A DNA stretch of 64,000 bases from NCBI RefSeq assembly GCF_009914755.1, contig NC_060930.1; one strand, written 5' to 3'. This document shows positions 49,100 to 64,000 of this stretch, piece after piece. The DNA comes from the human T2T-CHM13v2.0 reference genome, Homo sapiens. The notes beneath the pieces are model-generated. The model was given only the letters and a program-made list of their open reading frames with translations. It searched no databases and had not been told where the DNA came from. Position numbers and translations under genes: made by a program. How positions within the stretch are numbered: position 1 is the first letter of the stretch; every line of letters starts with the position of its first letter.

Positions 49100-50097
49100 C
49101 CCAGTTTGTGTCTGCAACTCTGACCTTTCTCTGCACTGCAGGCTCAAATGTGCAACTCCCTATTTGACAGGTCTGCTTGAAAACTTGTGGGCATCCCAGA
49201 GGTAACATAAGTCTATACAGAAGGTTTGATTTTGTCCTCCAAGCCAGTTCTTCCCTTGACTTTCTACATTTCACCAAATGATACCCCAACCACTCACTTA
49301 TTCTAGCCCAAGATCTAGGAGTTATTCTTAAGTTTTCCTTTCCCCCTCCATATGGATCCATCAGCAGGTCTTGTCCTTTTCTCTTCCCAAATATATCTCA
49401 AGTCCATGCTCTTCCGTCTGTCCCTACTGCCACCGTCCAAGCTCTGGGGCCATCCATTACATGGACAACTGCAGTAGATTCCAGCTGCTCTCCTGCTTCT
49501 GTTCCCACCCTTCTGCAATTCATTTTCCACAGAACAGCTAAAGTAATTTCTTAAAGCATAAATCATGTCACTCACTCACTCAAAACCTTCCTGTCCTCCC
49601 ACTGCACTTGGAATGAAATCCAGATTGCATAGTATGGCCCTCGAGGCTCTACATGAGCCTATATGATCCCTGCCCACCTCTCTGACCTCATCTTCCATCA
49701 CTTTGCTCTGGTCCCCTCACTGCCTTTTTCAGTCCTCAAACAAGCCTGGATCAGTCCCACCCATGGACCTTGGCCGTTGCTGCACCCTGTTTGAGACACT
49801 CTTCCCTTCGCTCTTCGCCAAGCTGACTCCTTGTTTCGGCTGGATCCTTGTGCTTCATAGAGACCTTCCCTGCCTACCCCTCTCCAGAATAACCCACCCA
49901 GGTCCCACCCACAGCTCTCTGTGCCTTCACTGCACTTAGCTCTCAGATGATCTTGTTTGTTTGTTTTATTCATTGTCTCTCTTTTCTAGAACATAAGCTC
50001 CATGATCTAAAAGACGTTATCTGTCTTGTTCACCAATGTCTCTTCTTATTCCTAGGTATATGCCTGACACCAAAACTATTTGTCAAATAAATGAATA
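49100..50097 (+). mobile_element. L2 LINE 3' region (contains duplication copy B, 49121-49471)
   Basis: Continuous L2 motifs (catgtcactcactcactcaaaaccttc, ataagctccatga...tgtcttgttcacc, tatttgtcaaataaatgaat). Confidence 0.85.
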
Positions 50098-50242
50098 GCT
50101 CTGTTTGGCCAGGTCATACGTTAGTAGAGTAGTAGGAACTGAGTAGAAAGTTCAGGGGCATCTAAGAAATGTGGAGTTGTTTAAACTGATTCTTTAATTC
50201 TCCAGTCTCTAAATAGCATGCTCTTTGCTACCTATTGATTGA

Positions 50243-50698
<456 letters not shown>

Positions 50699-51880
50699 CC
50701 AACATTCTTATATTGTGTTTTTGATTTTATCAGTCATCCATGTAATAGCAGAAATGCCAACGATAGCTAAGGCTTGTGGTAAACCACGATTTCTTTTTCT
50801 CTCCTGCATACCTTTTGTTTTTCCTACTGGTGTTTTTGTTAGCTTGCTAAGTGTCCTACATACCATCCCCACACTTTCTCTTGTTATGTATTTAACGAAT
50901 CGCTTCTCAATATGTTCAAATACTCGAGTTATTCTTACAGGTTCATCTTTAAGAGCTTCATACATAGCCTTTGTCCTCTTCCCATGTGGACTGGATTTTC
51001 TCTGAGCCCACTGTCCAGCTGTTGTCTTGGGATCTCTCTTCATCACACCAGGGGGATTCCTTCCACTTTCCTCTTGCATTGAATCTTCAGATTGCTGGAT
51101 CCCATGCCCCTTTTTTTTTTCTGGGTCTATTTCCTTATTTTGGCAGAGCACACAGGGTGCTTCTTGAGAAAAGCTCACGGGGTGTATGGTTTTTGAGTCT
51201 TTGTATTAGAACGTGGCTTTATTCTGGCTTCATGCTTGGTCGAGAGCTTGGCTGGGACATAAGGTAGCAAAGCAGACTTGCTGCAGTATGCACAAACACT
51301 GCCATCCCTCCCAATTAATCAGGATGAACGTTTTCCTTTTATCTGGAAGACTTAGTTTTTCTCTTTAGCAGATAGCTTTTAACTGATTTCAAAAGACTTT
51401 CTTGGGTGATGGTCACACAAGATCTCAACTTTGACCTGGCTTGTTGCAATGGTCTAAAAAATATTTTATGGACGTTTAAAAGTTTTGTGGTACATAGACT
51501 AATTTAAAAATGTGTTTACTGTGATAATAATGTGCTGGCATTTTTTAAGAAGACTCACATTTAAGATCTACATTGAATAATTGTGGTATTCCTGTATTTT
51601 TCTGTGTTTTTATTTTAGGGATGCGTCATCTTTATGGGATGCTCGTTCTGATAGGATCCTGGGGGTATTACAAACTACCATTGATATTTCACAAAAGTGC
51701 CCAATTGTGAAACTCACCTAGTGTGCAAAATACTGATTGCTGGGTCCCATATTATAGGTCAGCAAAATCAAAGTCTTTTGGAGAGGGGTCTCAGAGTCTG
51801 TGTTCTCAACAAACATTCCAGAGGATTCCTAAGGTGAGAAACATCTTCTGGAAAACAAATTATAGGTTAGTGGTACTGTA

Positions 51881-51979
51881 CAGATGGTCCTCAACTTATG
51901 ATGGGATTACATCTTGATAAGCCCATCATAAAGTAAACAAAAATAGTAAGTCAAACCATGGTAAGTCAGGGACCTTCTG
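51881..51979. mobile_element. Miniature Tigger4/MER46-like element
   Basis: TA|cagatggtcc...ggaccttctg|TA with ~24-bp imperfect terminal inverted repeats and a TA duplication. Confidence 0.75.
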
Positions 51980-53527
51980 TATTTAAATTAAAAAAAAAAA
52001 ATTCTCATTTGAATCTTTATGTGTGTCTTTCTCTTTACTTGAGGCAAAAGTTACAAAATATCCAGTTCAGAGACTCAGATGTTCTGTACACAAATGCCGG
52101 GATGAATTGGGTCATTCATATTTACTGTTCATGAGCAAATATTCCTATTGTCAAGTAGAATGTTGAGATTCTGATGGAATATTATTGCCAGAAACCTGTT
52201 TGCTTTTATGTACATTTTGTTAATATTATAAGCAGCAAAATGATGCATTTCCCACAACAACTAGGTTTGAAGTAAATATATAGTTACATTCGAAGGCAAG
52301 GAAGTTATCAGCAGAATGCCAATTACTGTTTAGGAAAAGACCACAGAATTTCAACTCGTTGCCTTTTCAAGAAGACCTCTGTGAACTTCATCTGGGGGTG
52401 CTGCATGCTAATTACTTAACCCAAAACCAAAGTCAAAGAACAGGGCACTAGATGAAAATAGCTGTTTAATAATGAGAAGGAAGAACTATAAGAAAGATTT
52501 TTGTAAAATACATTTCTGAAAAGGAGGCTGAGCCCTTTTCCCTTTTAGAACTGTAGGCGGCAAATTCTGAAAATTCCAAAAGGAAGCAATCATTTATTTA
52601 AGACTTCTGTTCATGCATTCTGTTTTGGATAATGTTTGGCTTTTTATTTTCGCCTCTGTTTGTACTTCAGGCATCCTTTCCTTTCAATTGTGTGCCTATT
52701 TGCAGCCCATTGCCCACTGTGAAGTAAATTCCATTCAGTCTTAATTGGGGTCTCTTAAAAGCTTTTTCTAAAGAATTTTTCAGCCTCCCTATGGAAGGCC
52801 ACTGTTCGTTGCCTAAGGTGTTTCAGGGTGTGCTGAGCATTCCCTCTGACCTTCCTTCTTGTATAAAGATGTTTCTGACAACAGCTGGGTGGCTCACAGG
52901 ACTGGGGAGGGCAGTCTAAAGGGATGATTCAGGATTGCACTGATCAATTTCATCTATTATAAAGGGATTTTGTGTTTTTCAAAATTTCTTCTGCATCTGT
53001 AAAGTTAGCTTGTGTTGACCTGCCAACCTGTTTATGAAAGAGCCGGGTGAGAATGGAAACTTGGAATAAACCAGAACAAGTTAACTGAGCTCATGCCGTG
53101 GGTTCCTGTTGGCCTGACTGCGCTGTTTCATTTTCCTAAAGGCCTCTAAAGCAGAATTGTATACATCTAATGTTCTGTCGCTTGGAAAGTACTTGACTGC
53201 CAATTTTTTAAAGAAAACATGAAAAGAATAAAATCAAACATGAGATTTTTAGAAGAATTTAGAACTGTACACTTTTAAAAAACTGAATCCCCTTCAGTCA
53301 TCCAACCACAGAATGTCAGAACACACGTATACCTCATTTTCCAAACAAGAATGTTTTAATTTAGGAAGCCATTATAAAGTAATCATAGCAAAATCCTTCA
53401 AAGAACTTTTCTTTTTCCTTCTTTCAAGTGGGCTGAGGTGGAGGTGAGGTTGAAAGCTGTGTGACATTTTCACTTTACCTTCGACATGTTAATAAATAAC
53501 TTTGCAGATAATAGTAAATGTCTGTAC

Positions 53528-54262
<735 letters not shown>

Positions 54263-54566
54263 TAGGCCATTTAAGGACTTTAAGCAATGTCCCTAAAACC
54301 AATGTACAAACCAGGACTTATTAGCAATGTCCCAAAGCACACTGCATCCATTGTCTTTTTTCTGATTTTTGAGTTTCATTTCTTAACCAATTAAGGCCTC
54401 TTCCCCACTCACCTCAACAGTGCCATATTCATATTACTTGAGTAAGAGGAGGCATTGAAGGTGATTTTCAGCAATGGAAATTAACCAGTGTGACTAGGCA
54501 GTACACTTAGGAAGTAAAGCATAGGCTGTAGAGCATATGGGGTAAATTTAGAAAATGGAATATGTG

Positions 54567-54775
54567 TTCATGACCAGCCTGGGCAATGTGGCGAAACCCG
54601 TCTATACAAAGAACAGAAAAAATTATGTGGGTGTGGTGGTGTGCACCTCTAGTCCCAGATACCCAAGAGTCCAAGATGGGAGGATCACCCGAACCCAGGA
54701 GATCAAGCCTGTGGTGATCCTTGATCACACCACTGCACTCCAGCCTGGGTGACAGACAGAGTGAGACCCTATCTT
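54567..54775 (+). mobile_element. 5'-truncated, diverged AluJ
   Basis: gaccagcctgggcaa...ccactgcactccagcctgggtgacag...gaccctatct. Confidence 0.85.
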
Positions 54776-54993
54776 AAAGAAAAAGAAGGAAGGAGGGAAA
54801 GAAGGAAGGGAGGGAAGAAGGAAGGAAAGAAGGAAGGAAGGAAGGAAGGAAGGCCTGCGACAGGGAGTGGGGAGGGAAGGAAGGAGGGAGGGAGGGAGGA
54901 AAGGAAGGAGGAAGAAGTAGAAGGAGGAAGGAAAAAAGGAAGGAAGGGAGGGAAAGGAAAGGAAGGAAGAAAAAAGGAAATAAAGAAAGAAAG
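54776..54993 (+). repeat. (GGAA)n / purine-rich simple repeat
   Basis: About 220 nt almost entirely purine, with one short interruption (cctgcgacagggagt). Confidence 0.95.
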
Positions 54994-57214
54994 AAATGGA
55001 ATATGTGACATTACGTTTCTGCCATTGTGTAAGAAATCAATACCAGTATCTTGTGATTGGAGCACCAAATTGATCGAGTAATGTTCAGGAAAGAAACCCC
55101 CAAACTACTTATCAAGATCCTAATCCCAGTGTGGTCAGTAACTAATGTGGCCACCTGACTGGTTTTATAATCTTCTTTGAGGGCCCTGAATGTGAAGCCC
55201 TGTATTTGGAGAAATGTTTTGTTCTCAAATGTCACTACATATATAGTCTTCCTTTTCTGTGTTTGGTTTTGCTGGCTCTGTATGCTTTCATTGTCTTAGA
55301 TGTGTTTGAAATCCGCAGGGTGACATGTCTCTTTTCAAAGAGCTGCTAAAATAAGAAAGAAAATGAATAAGCGTGTTAAAGAAAGATGGTGTTTAAACAC
55401 CTGTCAAAGTAAAGTCAGAACAAGAATGTTCTTGCCAGAAAACGCAGAGCCCCATTGAGACAGGTTGGTAATTCGAAGATGATTCATTACGACTAACTGC
55501 ATTTGTATTCTAGCCCATATGCATTGTAAACCACCTAGCAGGCTTCCAATGATGTCTTCCTATCAATTCGTAAATCTCACAGGAAACTTTTAACTGGTGC
55601 AGTCAGTTTTGGTGGACTGCTTATCTTGTCAACGTGAAGATAATGCTTCAACAGCACACCCACCTCCTCTAGGTTCAAAATTCCTTATTTTATTGAAAAA
55701 GGTCCCTCAAGCTGGTTAAGCACACAAATAAGAATTGGGTGCATCAGAATCTAGTGACCCTAGGTCCTTTTGTAAAATGATTAAAACTCTCCTTAAACCT
55801 CAGAAATTATTTAATTTTATAGGCATCTCTTGGACCAGGAATTGCCTTGAGATGGCGAGATACAAGCATTCTACAAAGGCTGCAAACAAGACTCACTTCT
55901 CTTAGGCCCTGATCCGAATCCAGATTATGATGGATTGGGCATGGGGATCAGGGCATGCAGAAGCTCTTAGCCAAACCTCTACACCCTTTAGTTGTGACTC
56001 TGTCATTGTAGACTTTTAAGGCATCTTGCAGATTAGAATATGCTGAGCACTCAATCTGAGGAAGGTTAAAAGTCATAGAATATTGGTGTTCTTCCAAGTT
56101 GAGAACAGAACACTTGGATCCAAGACCCTATTTCAGATTCAACATTCAATACCCTAAGGCATAAAAATGGCGTCTTACTATAGACAGTGGAAATAACTGA
56201 TAAGGATTTAATTAATTGCTTGTGGTTTTGCAGTGCCAGTCCAGGTTTATTTTCATTGCTGGGCACTGCAGTCCTAGAGGCAAAGGGAATGAGCATAAGG
56301 TTCCTGCTAGATCTTTAAAAGGGAAGGGCAGAATAAACAGAGGGCCCTTTGATAATGATTTCTTAGCCAGTCCAGTGGATAACATGAGTCTCATAATCAA
56401 GAATCCTCTGGGACTTTGTCATCTACATTGAATTTATAGGTGGTCTTTACTTAAAATATCTGAAGTTAATGGAATCATAAAACAGATCTTTCTTTTCTCT
56501 TTAGATTGTGACATTAGGCACATGTGGAAACAACAGTAAAATGCAACTTCCTGTGTTTAGCAGCCGTAGCAACACATCTTATACGGTGCAGGATTTTTAA
56601 AAACCAAAAGGAACAACAATTTGTATCTGACTAAATAGCGCCTAATCAGTTTCACCTTGATTTACTAAGCATTGTATTAATCAAGTAAGCAACTGGCCTT
56701 TTCTATAAAATAGTTTTATGTTTGTTGGTTTGATTTTTAAAATTTTTTATTTTTTGCAGGTGCAAGCATAAAAATAAAAAATTCGCAATTTCCCAGCTGG
56801 TAGGAAATAGAGCCAAGTCCAACTCTTAGCTCCTCTCTCATTCTTGTATATGATGTCAACCTTCTTGCTTAGTTTCTTTCCTTAATCCAGGGCATTTCTG
56901 CTATAGAGTAGTGGGGATTTCCCTCGAGTCTTAGTTGGTTTTAGCAGCTCCCAGCAATTATCTTGAGACCAACGGAGAATGCAGGTAACTGTTTTGGGTG
57001 GGTATACAGGAGTTTATTTATTTCAGGGGGCATTTTTGTTTTCCTGGAGACCTCTAGAAGACCAGGAAAATATTTTTCCAAGAAATTTTGCTGCCCCAAT
57101 TGCTCCAAATCATAAATAACCCACTCTCCATTTTTATTCCCCACAAAACCTCTTATCAGCCTTTTTCCACTTGCTTACATGTATTATCTCTATTAACAGT
57201 AGCCACAACCCAAA

Positions 57215-57360
57215 TCATGAATTGTATTACCCCATTCTACAGATGAGGAAGGGACTCTGAAAGGTTGAATTACAGACCTAAGGTTACCAGCTAGGATGGG
57301 GAGGAACAGATTATTACATTCAGATCTTTCTGGCACTGGAAGCTCATGTTTTTCCTTTGC
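57215..57360 (-). mobile_element. MIR SINE
   Basis: ccccattctacagatgaggaa core. Confidence 0.7.
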
Positions 57361-60300
57361 AGTACTCACAGGTCTGTGTTTATATTTAAATGGCTATTTC
57401 CTATTTTTTAAGCATACGCAAAGTCATATCAGGGTGACACATAGCTAAAGAGTTAAACAAAACAAACCATTTTCTTCTCTGGAAGCTTTAGTGTGGAAAT
57501 ACCTAAGTGTCAGCCCTCTCTCCACTTGTGTTTGCTCCCCTTAGGGTACTGTTCTAACAGGAGATATTTGCTTCACAGTGGAAAGGTGAGATAGGAGAGG
57601 TGGTGTGTTCTGTTTAAATTGGAATAAAAACTTGTTGCTGGCTGCCAGTCTTAAAGAATGATTCCTCGTCATTGAACATGTTACGTTGTAGAGTCAGATG
57701 TTTGCCACCACAACACTGGGCTATTATGCAAGGTAGTTCTACCTTGTAGTTCCGATATATTTAGTTAATTGAAAGCCTAAAATATTGCCACATAACTGAA
57801 CATCTGTCATAATGCTATATTATCAAAGAATTTAATTTCAGATTAAAATGGTTTTATAGTTTTCTATATTGTTCCACTGTTTTCTAAGAGATTCACATTC
57901 TCGTGTGTGATGCCTAAAGAGAATGGAAAAAACAAAAGCAGTTTGGATTTAGTTCCAATTTAGTTAGGTAACTTATTTTCTTGTTTCTTTGCCATGGAAC
58001 AAAATTGCTTTTCTGGCTTCCCCAATTAGGAGAAAGAAGGTTAAGACTGAAGAAAAATCTGAGATGAGAAAGAAGGAAATGTTAACAAAGAGAGTGCTCT
58101 TGAAGAAATTAATTTTCACCACTCATCACCGGGTGAAAATAGAAACTTCTTAAAAGACAATTTCACATATAAATTATTCCAGCTGTTTTTCAATTATTTG
58201 TCTTTGATGAATTGTCTTTCAATTACCTTGTAAAGAGCAATTAAGTGTTTGCTTACCTGAAAACTGTGTCAGCAATGTCTGTACCATTCTTATGAGTGTT
58301 AATCATCCTTCCTGCTGGCTCTGATATTTTCCCAATTTCAAACATTAGTGTTTGTTATATTATCTTTCAAAATATTTGGAATTCTACAGGAAGGCACTGT
58401 TGGAAACAATTTCCTCTGTGAAAAATCTAAAGACCTGCTAAAATAAATCATAGCCTAGGCCTTGTAAATTATTGCCCCACATTTACCCATGACTTATTCT
58501 TTTTGTAAATATTTTTAGGGAGCTTTTTGTGGCCTAAGTACAGTATAGGGGCACCACCAGGAATAAAATCAACTTGCTCCCTGTCCTCATGGGACTCCTA
58601 ATCTAGTGGTGAGAAGTATTATTTTTTCTTGCTTCTCAGAGAAGTAGTCTTTTTTTTAACCTACTCACTTAATAACAACAACAATTAAAAATCATTTTTA
58701 TGGTTTCTGAAAACATTGGTGAATTGCAACTGGCTATTCTGAGGTTCTGTTACGGGCTTTTTCCCATCATTCTAGAACATGTTCAATGTTTCTTCAGACC
58801 AGTATTGAAAATCTAAATAAAAATTATATTAGAAAAGGATTTTGGAATAAGCTAGTTGGTTTGATGGTGCTCTAATTGGATTCAGAGGCTTTCTGTGTGT
58901 GTTTTATCCAAATCCTGCTGGAGCAACTCGTTCTCTGGAATGCTTGCTTAACACACCTGTCATTTTAAAGAAGGAAACCAAAATAGAACATCTCGCAAGT
59001 GGGGCATCCTCAATAACTATGTTAGAAAAAGTATAAAATCAATGCTAAAGGCATCATTATTATAAAATTATTTTTTTAAAAAGCAACTAGTGGAATTGTT
59101 TCTCTCAAGAGAATTAGGTGTACAAACCAAGGAATGTTAATCTTTTGCTTTTCAGTGGCTTTTAAATGGTTTCCTGTTTAATTTGCATAGGATATTTCTA
59201 CCTTTTAGGCAATGCTATGAAACTAGACTAAACCTCTGTAGCCCTCAAACAATTTTACCCTGAATTTTAACTCATAATTTGGAGGCCATCTTGTGCTATG
59301 TCTGCCGTGGGAACTAATGCCACAGTACCACCGTGTGAGCCTCTGGGGTCCCCCACATTTCCTACTCACTACACACTGCAGGTCTACGTTTGGGTGGATG
59401 GTTGTTTGACTAATGTCAGCCTCTCTCATGGCCTGCAAGGCTCCTAAGGGCAGAGATCTGATCTGTTTTTGCTTACCATTGTAGCCCTTCCTCTATAATA
59501 GCTGCTCAGTTAATTGTGCATGAATGTTTCCGTTCCACAGTGAACACACTTTTCTACAGCCTCATTATTTTTGCAGATATCTCCTTCCTCCTCTCCCTTG
59601 GATTGTCCGAACCCTGGGTCTCCTTGGCAACACTGTTGCCCTGGTAATTCTCTTCAATGGTGGCTCTGTTGTCCTTTACCTCTCCTATCACAGGGGGCGC
59701 TGACATTGCATCAACTCCCCAGTGCTATTCCCTGCTCATTTTGCGTCCAGTCTTGTGCATGCCCTCATCTGAGGTAGGTGCCGTCTGCTGAGTTTTCCTT
59801 CACATTTCTTTGGTGCTGTCATCTCCTGACTTCCTGGTCATTTCCTCATATTCACTGGATGAAGTTCAGACTCTCCCTCTCCACCCCAAATCTCGCTATG
59901 ACCTGAAGGAATTCAGTCCCCATGCAGTCCCCGTGTGGCTGGTCTGACATCCTGGCTGGTGCAGCTCTGCAGCCCTTCTTCTTTCTTGCATCTTCAACAC
60001 CCCGACACCCAGGGCTCCTTCTCCTCGGCCCATGAACCTGCTTGAGTGTCCTTCACACTTTATGAACTTAAAACAAACAGCAAACAAAACCTTTTTCTTT
60101 ACTTGTTCATTCTCAATGCCAAAGGAGTTCAACGTTCTTTATTGTGCAAAGCCCACTTGCTCCTAAATGTAATCATTCTCTAGGAGTTTACCCCTGGTCC
60201 TCAACAGCTGCTTTTGTTTAGAAGACTCCACCAAATAACTTCAACTCCAGCTTCTTGCTAGAGTGCCAGTAATGCATTTCTGACTGTCCGTTGGACATCT

Positions 60301-60959
60301 TCCCTTGAATGTTCTGCCAGCACCTGAAGTTCATGGTGCCTGAATACAAGCTAAAGGTCTCTCCTCCAAATCTTCTCTCTTCTTGACATCCAGCCATACC
60401 CTTGTAGGGGTTCAGGCCATGGAGTTCTCAGGCAGTTCCTCAGACTCCTCTCTTCTTTCTCCTCAGTGTCCCTCAGATCATCCATCATTTCCAGTCCCTT
60501 TTCGCTCCTTCTCTCCAAGTTCAGATGCCTGGGTTGCCGCAGTCATCTCTTAACTGAGCTATAAGGACGTAAATCTGGGAGCCTTGGGGACTCCGTATGA
60601 CTAATTGACATAAATTCTTCTCCATGGGATGGATCTCCCAGCATCCTGTTTTCCATAGTACATGCCTGCAGGTTTCATGTCTGCCTTGGGGAGATTGTCC
60701 GGGATACTACATGTGGCCACGGTCTCTCCACAGATACCGGCCTTGGGGACCCTGTATGACTGCCAGGAGGCTCTTGGACATAGAGAGAACGTTAGTCACA
60801 TTATATATATTCTCTGGGCTTTTATTTATCCACCAGCCTTTCGACTTAAATATATTGGTCTAGATTTAATGTGTTATTTTAATAATATTTGTGTTACATT
60901 CATCCTCAATGGGAATTTTTTCATAATTTTGTCTGAAACAAAATTTAGCCCCTTACTTA

Positions 60960-61310
<351 letters not shown>

Positions 61311-62329
61311 TTATTTCACAAATTATATATAAGGTCTACCAGCTTCTCCCCTAAAGTTCTGTGCTGACGCACATTCCCAGCATGAACAGGGTGATCATTA
61401 TCCTATCATGGATGAGTTGAAATTCTTTCACTTGGCAGATTGTCCATTGGGGATATATCAGCTTTTTCTTCCTTTTCACAAACACAGCACACACTCTACA
61501 CACCATGACCTGCTCCACTTCAGACTCCGGGAGTTGTTGTATATGACTAACATCTACGGGGAACAAGATAGGTTGTTGGTTGATTCCTGTCACGTTTTTC
61601 CTCTCTGTAGCGACATCTTGCTATTCCTAAGCAGTCATCCTATCTGTTCATAGAGACAACCCTTCCCTTGTAGCGATAACAGTGGCATTCAAAACGTAAA
61701 ATGCTTTTATTTACATTAAAATTGATTTTTCCATTAGCAAAGTGGCCCTTTGCCTACTCAATCAGAATTTCTGTAAACCCCAAATAAGAGCGACTTTATT
61801 TAATCTGTTAAATATCCTGTAGCAAGTCTAGGGGATGTTGTTCATGTCAGTGAATCAGGATGTCATGCAGCTGCACAAACATATTCGTTCTGCAGGCCTG
61901 TTGGCCACAAGTTTAAACTCTGGAATTCTCTGTCAGTGCTTGCAGGCAGATGGAAGTCTTTAGTAGCTTTTCCCTCTGGGAGTTTAAAAATAATGTCTGC
62001 CTCTGTTAAAAAAACAAGTTTAAAAATTGATAGTATCAAACTTCTAAAATTAATATTATGATAAATAAGGATTCTGTACAATCAAATTACTTTAGTCAGT
62101 ATAAAGTATAGAGTACACTGCCTGCCGCCAGCGTGAAATTAACCGTGATGACACTGGGCATTGTTTTAGACAGCAAAACAGTACCTACCCTAACTCCTTG
62201 GATTAGCCCAATAAGTGGCTGGGAGTTGAATTGAGTTACTACTCATTAGGGTTTATCTCTTGCCTTATCTTAAAATAGAAATCCACTCCCACCCACTACC
62301 CTCCTCCCCATTTTTGTACAGGGAATACT

Positions 62330-62500
62330 TGGGAGGTAAACTCCCTGAGTTTAAATCCTGCTTACCAGCTGTGGGATCTTGCTAGTTGCTTGGTCTCTCA
62401 GCCTCAACTTCCTCATCTATAAAATGGGAATACTAATAGCAACTACTTCGCAGGGTTGTAGTAATGATGAAAGAGGCAGTATTGATAAAGCACTTAGAAC
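62330..62500 (+). mobile_element. MIR SINE
   Basis: gcctcaacttcctcatctataaaatggga core. Confidence 0.75.
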
Positions 62501-62810
62501 AGGTCCTTTTTTTAGCATAATAAAATATCAAGTAATAGAATAGGTCTTAATGTGACCTACAAGACTGATACACTCAGCACAAAGCAATATGAAGTCATAG
62601 AATTTTTAAAGTTGGAAAGGAGCCTAGAGATCATTTAACCTAGTCTCCTAATTTCAGCAATGAAAAATTGGGATCCTAGCACAAGGTCACAGGGCTGATT
62701 AAGTAGCAGAGTTGGAACTAGGCTCCAACTCTCTTCTTGGCTTACAGTTTACCATCCCAGTTGGGTGGTCAAAACCCAGAACAATAACACAGATTTATTG
62801 CTTGTCCTGA

Positions 62811-63108
<298 letters not shown>

Positions 63109-63711
63109 TGCTTTTTTGTTTTTTACAAATAGTCTTACTGCTATTTTAGAGCTACTAGGAGTGTTGCTGGTTCACCATGAGTTTAGCTATCATATGCCAA
63201 TGGAGACAGCCTGGTATAGTGGGAAATAAGCCTGGATCAGGAATCAGGTGACCTAGACTCTTATCTCTTTCACTAGTTAACAATTTGGGAAGCCAGATAG
63301 CCTTCCTGGCTCCCAGTTTCCTTATATATAGGGCTTTAATATATAGCATAATGTGAAAGTACTAAACATGATAGTTGTCCCATGGTGGATAACACTGTAA
63401 CCCAGTGCTTTTATAAATTACATTGCTCAGAACTACTGAGTGCTCTAATATGCATTGTAAGAATATATATACAACTTTTTTTTTTTTTTTTTTTTTTTTT
63501 ACAGAAAATAAACTACTGCTCTACCTTTAATCTTGCTTCGGTGAAATTCTAATTTATCATGGCTTCAGGGCAACATCAAAAGATGGTAGAGAAGTAGATT
63601 AGCTTTCCCAGAAACCAAGTAAGGGAAAAAAGTTTATAGATGAATCTCACAGACATTCAGTGAAAGAAATACAAAAGATTATATTGTGTAATTCCACTAA
63701 GTTAAAGTTCA

Positions 63712-63878
<167 letters not shown>

Positions 63879-64000
63879 GAACAGGTAACACAAATCAATG
63901 CTGCTGGAAGTCAAAATAGTGGTTATCTGGGGGAATAGAGGTGAGAGGGTGGTATTGATTTGGAAGAAGCATAAGGAGGATTTCTGGGGCTTTGGAATGA

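Noticed and set aside
54749-55081. Lys/Glu/Gly/Arg-rich ORF
   Set aside because: Translation of the GGAA simple repeat.
59686-59701. CTCF-like motif cagggggcgct (also cccacctggggcgcta on the minus strand near 37321-37336)
   Set aside because: Only the 3' half matches the consensus; it cannot be supported without ChIP data.

Overview
This is human (primate) genomic DNA, not microbial: it is AT-rich, CpG-depleted and dense in Alu, L1, L2, MIR, MaLR LTR and DNA-transposon fossils. The only protein-coding sequence I can support is a 46-nt first coding exon inside a CpG island (38861-38906, MGQTSVSTLSPQPGS+G|GTGAGT). I recognise it from memory as the N-terminus of a PHACTR2 isoform (6q24). Everything downstream is intron 1, and exon 2 is not in the window. 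From memory of the locus, the upstream 38 kb is intronic to more distal PHACTR2 first exons. The other ORF-track entries are repeat-derived or chance ORFs. I found no CRISPR array, RNA gene or new multi-gene system. The best second-look items are: (1) a strong 3' splice site + ~310-nt UG repeat + AATAAA unit resembling a TDP-43-repressed cryptic terminal exon (9415-9800); (2) an L1 3' transduction carrying an MLT1 LTR fragment between 18-bp TSDs (10012-12794); (3) a ~350-bp, ~94%-identical templated copy of an L2 segment 4.3 kb away (44844-45194 vs 49121-49471); (4) uORFs and a possible myristoylation switch in the PHACTR2 first exon; (5) several unusual retrotransposition scars. Repeat subfamily calls come from recalled consensus sequences, and their boundaries are approximate.
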